From: an uncultured delta proteobacterium
GTDB lineage: Bacteria; Desulfobacterota; Desulfobaccia; Desulfobaccales; 0-14-0-80-60-11
Assembly (NCBI GenBank): GCA_963812015.1
Contig: CAWETI010000003.1
Location: 1,184,001 to 1,248,000 of the forward strand
Length of the DNA: 64,000 nucleotides
Direction: 5' to 3'
A program made the translations under genes and the position numbers. The notes under the pieces are model-generated. The model was not told the origin of the DNA. It was given only the letters and a program-made list of their open reading frames with translations, and ran no database searches. This document shows positions 58,137 to 64,000 of this stretch, in pieces; position 1 is the stretch's first letter, and each line of letters starts with the position of its first letter.

Positions 58137-59117
58137 TTGGCCAGGATCCCTTTAAAAACCATGAAGCATCTTTTATTTACCATGCTCAGGATCAGACGCT
58201 TTGAAGAAAAGATCATCGAGCTTTACCCGGCACAAAATATGAGGACACCGGTGCATTTATGCATCGGCCAAGAGGCGATTGCCGCGGGGGTATGTGAGAA
58301 TCTGAAGAGAGGGGATTATATTTTCACTACGCACCGGAATCATGGTCATTGCCTGGCCAAGGGGATAAATATCGATTCTTTAATAGCGGAGTTTTACGGG
58401 AAGGCTACCGGGTGCTCCCGAGGCAAAGGGGGTTCCATGCACCCCGTTGCCCCCGAATGCGGCATCTTAGGAACCTCGGCCATTGTGGGCGGCTGCATTG
58501 CCCTGGCAGCGGGAACCGCTTTGGCGTCCAGGCTCAGGCGAGATGGTAAGATCTCCGTGGCTTTTTTCGGTGACGGCGCCGCGGACGAAGGCATCTTTCA
58601 TGAAAGCCTTAATTTTGCCGCGTTAAAAAACCTGCCGGTCCTGTTTATTTGCGAAAACAATTTTTATGCTACTAATTCGCCGCAGGCCGCCAGGCAACCC
58701 CACGACAATATCGCTAAAAGAGGGGCAAGTTACCATATCCCGGGGGTGCAGGTCGATGGCAATGATGTCCTCCAAATATTTCAAACGGTAAAGAAGGCCG
58801 CGGCCAGGGCCCGGGTGGGCAGGGGGCCCAGTCTGATAGAGTGCCGAACCTATCGCTGGAAGGGGCATGTAGGGCCTGATTGTGATTATGAAAAAGGTTG
58901 CCGCCCGGAAGGGGAACTGCGGGATTGGATGAGGAGATGTCCCATTGAATTGTTTCAAAGTCATATTCTGGCCAATAAGATCATGAGCGCCGCGGAAATA
59001 AATCTCTTTATTGAAACCATTGATAAAGAGCTGGCCGCGGCAGTTAAATATGGCCAAGAGAGCCCGTTCCCTGATACAACTGACCTGATTAAAAATGTCT
59101 ATTATGAACGGAAATAA
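58137..59117 (+). CDS. ThDP-dependent dehydrogenase E1 alpha-like subunit
   Basis: HLCIGQEA, HRNHGH, GGSMH, GDGAADEG...ENN ThDP motif, TYRWKGH. Confidence 0.93.
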   Translation: MARIPLKTMKHLLFTMLRIRRFEEKIIELYPAQNMRTPVHLCIGQEAIAAGVCENLKRGDYIFTTHRNHGHCLAKGINIDSLIAEFYGKATGCSRGKGGSMHPVAPECGILGTSAIVGGCIALAAGTALASRLRRDGKISVAFFGDGAADEGIFHESLNFAALKNLPVLFICENNFYATNSPQAARQPHDNIAKRGASYHIPGVQVDGNDVLQIFQTVKKAAARARVGRGPSLIECRTYRWKGHVGPDCDYEKGCRPEGELRDWMRRCPIELFQSHILANKIMSAAEINLFIETIDKELAAAVKYGQESPFPDTTDLIKNVYYERK

Positions 59118-59119
59118 CT

Positions 59120-60163
59120 ATGCCTTGGACTAAGGTTTTTATTGACCAGGATGATTTCGACAACCTCCCGGACCGGGAAGGCTGGCGCTGGATTACTTAT
59201 CGTGACAGCCTACGTGAGGCTCAGTTGCAGATGCTTCACCATGATGAACGGGTGTTTATTCTTGGCGAGGGCGTTGACGATCCCGGGGGGATATTCGGCA
59301 CCACCGCGGGGCTCTACGAAATATTCGGCAAAGACCGGGTGATGGATGTCGCCATTGCGGAAAATGGCTTGACCGGAGTGGCGATGGGAGCCGCTTTGGC
59401 CGGGATGAAACCGATCTTTGTGCATATGAGAATGGACTTTTTGCCGATTTGCCTGGACCAGATTATCAATCATGCGGCCAAGTGGCATTATATGACCGGC
59501 GGGAAGGTCAACGTTCCTCTGGTGATCAGGAGTATTATCGGGCGGGGGTGGGGCTCCGCAGCCCAGCATTCCCAGGCTTTGCACGCCCTTTTCCTCCATA
59601 TTCCGGGTCTAAAAGTGGTCATGCCGGCCACCCCTTATGATGCCAAGGGACTGCTCATTGCGGCCCTCGATGATGGCAACCCGGTGATGTTCATAGAGCA
59701 TAGATGGGTTTATGACTATAAGGGCCATGTGCCTGAAGAGATTTATAAGGTGCCCCTGGGCCAGGGAATAATCAGGCGTCAGGGAAAAGATGTAACCGTT
59801 GTCGCCCTATCCCAGATGGTCTATGAAGCGGGAAAGGCCGGCAAAGTCCTGGCTGCCGAGGGCATAGAGATTGAGATTATTGATCCTAGGACCCTAAACC
59901 CCCTGGACGAAGAACTCATCTTCGAATCGGTGAAAAAGACTGGAAGGCTGGTCATTGGGGATGTCGGTTGTCGAACCGGAGGAGTTGGGGCAGAGATAGC
60001 TTCCCGGGTGGCTGAAAAGGCCTTTACTTTTTTAAAAGCGCCGGTGGCCATAGTTGCCCTGGCTGATACGCCTTCCCCGGCCTCTTATGCCTTGGAAATG
60101 GCCTATTATCCGGGGGCGGCGCAAATTATCGCCGGTGTCAAAGGGGTAATGGGGGTAAATTAG
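59120..60163 (+). CDS. ThDP-dependent dehydrogenase E1 beta-like subunit
   Basis: GEGV, IAENG, DQIINHAAK, GWGSAAQHSQ, DAKGLL, IDPRTLNPLD. Confidence 0.93.
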   Translation: MPWTKVFIDQDDFDNLPDREGWRWITYRDSLREAQLQMLHHDERVFILGEGVDDPGGIFGTTAGLYEIFGKDRVMDVAIAENGLTGVAMGAALAGMKPIFVHMRMDFLPICLDQIINHAAKWHYMTGGKVNVPLVIRSIIGRGWGSAAQHSQALHALFLHIPGLKVVMPATPYDAKGLLIAALDDGNPVMFIEHRWVYDYKGHVPEEIYKVPLGQGIIRRQGKDVTVVALSQMVYEAGKAGKVLAAEGIEIEIIDPRTLNPLDEELIFESVKKTGRLVIGDVGCRTGGVGAEIASRVAEKAFTFLKAPVAIVALADTPSPASYALEMAYYPGAAQIIAGVKGVMGVN

Positions 60164-60233
60164 CCTGATTGGCCCGGAGCCACATTTCAGGGGAAACCTG
60201 CCGCAGTTTTGCTAACCCTCGGGTGCGACACTC

Positions 60234-61049
60234 ATGACGGTGAAGCCTCTCCAAATCTCAGTAATCACCGTATGCCTCAATGCGGTGGAGTTTATTGAGC
60301 AAACCATCCAAAGCGTGGTGGCCCAAAGCTATCCGCATCTAGAATATATCATTATCGATGGTGGCTCCACGGATGGTACAGTGGAGATCATCCGGGGGCA
60401 CGAACCCCATCTGGCCTACTGGCATAGTCGACCGGATCGCGGCGTCGCCCATGCCTTCAACTTGGGACTGACTCAGGCGCAGGGCGATTGGATCCTTTTT
60501 CTCAACGCCGATGATCTCCTGCTGGAGCCCACGGGGATCGAGCACATGGCGGCTCATCTGGCGCGGCACCAGGATGCTGATGTGGTATTCGGCCAGATGG
60601 TAAGCCTGACCCGGGAAAAATATCCCAAGCCGGCGCCCTTATGCCAGATTGGCGGACATCCATGGCGCTGGCCAGAATTCCGCAGAATGAACATGATTCC
60701 CCACCAGGCGGCTTTTACCCACCGGCGTTTTTTTGACCGGGTGGGTGGCTTTGATGAGACCTTCCGCATGGCCATGGACTACGAACACTTTCTCCGGGCT
60801 CGAGACGACCTGGGAGCCCAATTTGTTCCCCTGGTCCTGGTTGGTATGCGGGCCGGTGGTGTCTGTGTCAACAATATTGTTGACACCTTGGCAGAATTCC
60901 GGCGGGCCCAGATCAAAAACCGGGCTTTGCCCCGATGGCTTGCTGAAGTAAATTTCCTGGTCCGCGTGGGACGTCTCTATGCAGGCAAGATGGCCCATCT
61001 GGTCCTGGATCCTTTCGCCTCGAAAATTAACTGGCGGGGCAGAAATTAA
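60234..61049 (+). CDS. Glycosyltransferase family 2
   Basis: ISVITVCLN, IIDGGSTDGT, FLNADD, HQAAF, AMDYE. Confidence 0.92.
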   Translation: MTVKPLQISVITVCLNAVEFIEQTIQSVVAQSYPHLEYIIIDGGSTDGTVEIIRGHEPHLAYWHSRPDRGVAHAFNLGLTQAQGDWILFLNADDLLLEPTGIEHMAAHLARHQDADVVFGQMVSLTREKYPKPAPLCQIGGHPWRWPEFRRMNMIPHQAAFTHRRFFDRVGGFDETFRMAMDYEHFLRARDDLGAQFVPLVLVGMRAGGVCVNNIVDTLAEFRRAQIKNRALPRWLAEVNFLVRVGRLYAGKMAHLVLDPFASKINWRGRN

Positions 61050-61144
61050 TTTTATTCCCAGGGCTTTTCTCGAGTCATAGGGGATAACCCTCGAGTCAGC
61101 CGCTATCGATTCGCTGGTTTGAATAACCTGCAACGGGTTGCCGA

Positions 61145-62308
61145 TTGAGCCACGTTTTTCACATCACGGATGATTTCTCCCCTGAATCCGGGGTAACTGG
61201 GATGGTCATGCAGCTGACCCGTTACCTGGCCGTTCGGGGATGGGCCTCAACTATTCTGACTCCAGCAGGTCGCGCCCGTGCAGGGCCTGGGGAGGCGAAC
61301 CTGGTGCATTTTCCCCTCATACCGGCAGGGGGCTGGCGCTTTCCCCGGGGTCTCAAGGCGTATCTCCGACAGCTCAACCGGATAGACGGCCCCATTCTCC
61401 ATCTCCACGGGGTCTGGATGGGATTCCAGTGGTCGGCGGCCCGGGCGGCGCGGCAACAAAAAATTCCGGCCTTGCTGAGTCCCCATGGTATGCTTAATAG
61501 ATGGCATCTTCGGCATATAGGGTTCAAGGAACTCAGGAAGCTGATCTATTGGCGGGCTTTGGCCTACCCGGCGTTTCGGCATATCCCCCTGATCCATGCG
61601 GTCACGCCCCGGGAACGGGACGAACTGGCCACGTGGTTACCCGGGCAAGGGATCCAGGTCATCCCGAATGCCATCGACCTCGAGGCCACGGACCACCTCC
61701 GGGCCAATGCCGGAAATGAGTCGGCGCCCCCGGTGGACGAGCCGTATGTGCTCTTTCTGGGCCGCCTCCATCCGGTAAAGGGGATCGACCTGCTCATTGA
61801 GGCCTTTGCACAATGTATGCGAGAAAGCACGCGCCGGTTCCGGCTCCTCATCGCCGGGCCGGAGAGCGATCCCGCGTACTCGGCCAAACTTAAATCCCTG
61901 GTCAGATTGTTAAGGATTGAGCAAAAGGTGACCTTCCTGGGTCCGGTATTCGGGCCACAAGAAAAGTTTTCCCTGTACCGGCATGCCTGGGCCTTCTGCG
62001 CCCCCTCCCAAACCGAAGTGATGGGTTTGGTTAACCTGGAAGCCGCATCGGTTCAGTTGCCCGTAGTGACCACGCACGAGACCGGTTTGTGGGATTGGGA
62101 GGAAGGGGGAGGCGTTTTAGTCCATCCCCGGGTTGAAGAATTGAGGCGGGCCCTGGAACAGGTGTTTTCCTGGAGTGAGAGCGAACGGCAGGACCGGGGC
62201 CAAAAATTGCGGCAACTGGTGGAGCGGCGCTATGCGTGGCAGGCGGTGGGGCCGCAATGGCTGGAGCTTTATGCCGGTCTGACCGGAGAGAGAAGGCGCC
62301 ACGCATAG
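61145..62308 (+). CDS. Glycosyltransferase family 4
   Basis: HLHGVW, SPHGML, IPNAID, FLGRLHPVKG, PSQTEVMGLVNLEA (EX7E). Confidence 0.92.
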   Translation: MSHVFHITDDFSPESGVTGMVMQLTRYLAVRGWASTILTPAGRARAGPGEANLVHFPLIPAGGWRFPRGLKAYLRQLNRIDGPILHLHGVWMGFQWSAARAARQQKIPALLSPHGMLNRWHLRHIGFKELRKLIYWRALAYPAFRHIPLIHAVTPRERDELATWLPGQGIQVIPNAIDLEATDHLRANAGNESAPPVDEPYVLFLGRLHPVKGIDLLIEAFAQCMRESTRRFRLLIAGPESDPAYSAKLKSLVRLLRIEQKVTFLGPVFGPQEKFSLYRHAWAFCAPSQTEVMGLVNLEAASVQLPVVTTHETGLWDWEEGGGVLVHPRVEELRRALEQVFSWSESERQDRGQKLRQLVERRYAWQAVGPQWLELYAGLTGERRRHA

Positions 62309-62410
62309 GGTGCCGGACCGCAATGAATATCAGCGTAATGCGGCGGGTATTTTTATATACAACGCCGGGGACAATAATAAATAATCTCCGAGAAGAGAGA
62401 GCCATTCCTC

Positions 62411-64000
62411 ATGATTATTTTGGGAATTAATGCATATCATGCTGATTCATCCGCCTGTATTGTGAAAAATGGAGAACTCATTGCGGCAGTAGAAGAGGAA
62501 CGTTTTGAAAGAATTAAACACTGGGCCGGTTTTCCCACACAGTCTATTAAGTACTGTTTACGCGAAGCCGGTGTGGGTATCGAAGAAATTGATCACATTG
62601 CGATGAATCGTAATCCGAAGGCTAATTTGTTGCGTAAAATCTGGTTTATTCTCCGTCAGCGCCCTTCCTTAGCAATGATTAAAGATCGAGCCAAAAATGC
62701 CTCGACTGTAATAGATATCAAAAAAATATTTGCCAGAGAATTTGCGGTAACCGAGGACAAGTTAAACGCCAAAGTATCTTATATAGAGCACCATGTTGCG
62801 CACCTTGCCAGTGCCTTTATGGTGTCCCCATTTGAAGAAGCAGCCGTGGTCTCGGTGGATGGGTTTGGCGACTTTGTCGGGGCTATGTGGGGGATTGGCC
62901 GTGGCAATTCCTTGAAAGTAGAGGAAAAAATCTATTTTCCCCATTCCCTCGGCCTATTTTATCTCGCCATAACGCAATTATTGGGCTTCACCAAATATGG
63001 TGACGAATACAAGGTTATGGGCCTCGCGGCTTATGGAGAGCCTTCGGAACGGTCAAAGATGAGAGAGATTGTCAAACTGAATTCACCCGGCCGGTTTGCC
63101 CTGAACTTGCGCTATTTTCTTCACCAGGTGAAAGGCGCCACCATGACCTGGGATGGTGGTGAGCCCCAGATGGGTTTAGTTTTTTCTCCGGAAATGGAGC
63201 AACTCTTAGGGCCCCGCCGCGCCTCAGGGGAGCCGATAACCGCACGACATGAGAAGATCGCGGCTTCGCTCCAACTGATGTATGAGGAGGCATTTTTCCA
63301 TCTCTTGAACCATGTATACGAGCAGGGGAAAATCCCGAATTTGTGTCTGGCGGGCGGCTGCGCCATGAACAGTTTGGCTAATGGAAAAATATTCGACCGA
63401 ACGCCATTTAAGGAAGTCTATATTCAGGCGGCTGCCGGCGACGCGGGAGGCGCGATTGGGGCCGCCTTTTATGTCTGGAATCAAACTTTACATCGTCCCC
63501 GGAGTTGCGTGATGGCAAGTGCCTACTGGGGCCCGCAATTTAGCGATGAGGCGTTGTCCGAAGCAATAACTCTCAGGAAGAGCGAATTGGCAGAGTCGGG
63601 CTGCAAGATAGAAAAAATCGATGATAAACTAGCATTATGCAGGAATACCGCGCAGGAAATCGCCGCGGGAAAAGTTGTGGGATGGTTCCAGGGGAGAATG
63701 GAATGGGGGCCGAGGGCTCTGGGTAACCGGAGTATCCTCGCAGATCCAAGGCTAAAGGAGATGAAAGATATTTTGAATGAGAGGATTAAGCGCCGGGAGT
63801 CCTTTAGACCATTCGCGCCCTCGATTCTCCTGGAGTCGGTTGATGAATATTTTGAACAACACTACCCGGACCCCTTTATGATCAAAGTGTATATGATCAG
63901 AGCGGAAAAAAGGGGTCTCATCCCGGCGGTCACCCATGTCGACGGGACCGGCAGGCTCCAAACGGTGGCGGAAAAAGACAACCCGCTGTACTGGCGTTTG
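62411..64000 (+). CDS. Carbamoyltransferase (NodU/CmcH/TobZ family), truncated by the window edge
   Basis: Absent from the ORF track; MIILGINAYHADSSA, AVEEERF-RIKHWAGFP, EHHVAH, EYKVMGLAAYG, GGCAMN, GPRALGNRSIL, IKRRESFRPFAP, THVDGTGRLQTV; first and last codons share a frame. Confidence 0.93.
   Translation, partial: MIILGINAYHADSSACIVKNGELIAAVEEERFERIKHWAGFPTQSIKYCLREAGVGIEEIDHIAMNRNPKANLLRKIWFILRQRPSLAMIKDRAKNASTVIDIKKIFAREFAVTEDKLNAKVSYIEHHVAHLASAFMVSPFEEAAVVSVDGFGDFVGAMWGIGRGNSLKVEEKIYFPHSLGLFYLAITQLLGFTKYGDEYKVMGLAAYGEPSERSKMREIVKLNSPGRFALNLRYFLHQVKGATMTWDGGEPQMGLVFSPEMEQLLGPRRASGEPITARHEKIAASLQLMYEEAFFHLLNHVYEQGKIPNLCLAGGCAMNSLANGKIFDRTPFKEVYIQAAAGDAGGAIGAAFYVWNQTLHRPRSCVMASAYWGPQFSDEALSEAITLRKSELAESGCKIEKIDDKLALCRNTAQEIAAGKVVGWFQGRMEWGPRALGNRSILADPRLKEMKDILNERIKRRESFRPFAPSILLESVDEYFEQHYPDPFMIKVYMIRAEKRGLIPAVTHVDGTGRLQTVAEKDNPLYWRL

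Noticed and set aside
1..64000. rRNA, tRNA, CRISPR arrays, prophage or defence systems
   Set aside because: None recognised on either strand by eye

Overview
The first ~3.3 kb is GC-rich housekeeping sequence: typA/bipA and a small nitrite/sulfite-reductase-type 4Fe-4S protein, with REP-like hairpins between them. From ~3.45 kb to beyond the right edge the window is one very large, mosaic surface-glycan (LPS/O-antigen/capsule or protein glycosylation) biosynthesis locus, probably from an anaerobe (a Desulfobacterota-like origin is my impression, not proven). It has four blocks. (1) 3.7-28.5 kb, + strand: nonulosonic-acid genes, with three intact NeuB-family synthases (one highly divergent), NeuC, two cytidylyltransferases, a WbuX/HisF/HisH amidotransferase trio, Wzx, orphan transferase-like proteins and two paralogous radical-SAM/SPASM enzymes paired with an aminotransferase or SDR. 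(2) 28.7-38.4 kb, - strand: a cassette for a C-methyl-branched, methylated amino-deoxysugar. (3) 39-42 kb: a B12-dependent radical SAM enzyme and a GT-C-like membrane protein. (4) 43-64 kb: a heptose-like activation operon (DHS-like protein, two HxGH nucleotidyltransferase domains, PfkB kinase, GmhA-like isomerase, epimerase, two DegT enzymes), glycosyltransferases, two more radical SAM enzymes, a ValC/AcbM-like ROK kinase, an EamA/SMR flippase, ThDP E1 alpha/beta and a carbamoyltransferase cut by the window edge. About a dozen pseudogenes and gene remnants, many of them paralogs of intact genes in the window, plus IS1380 and IS5 relics record repeated cassette replacement. No rRNA, tRNA or CRISPR array was seen. 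All protein assignments come from motif recognition by eye, without database searches.
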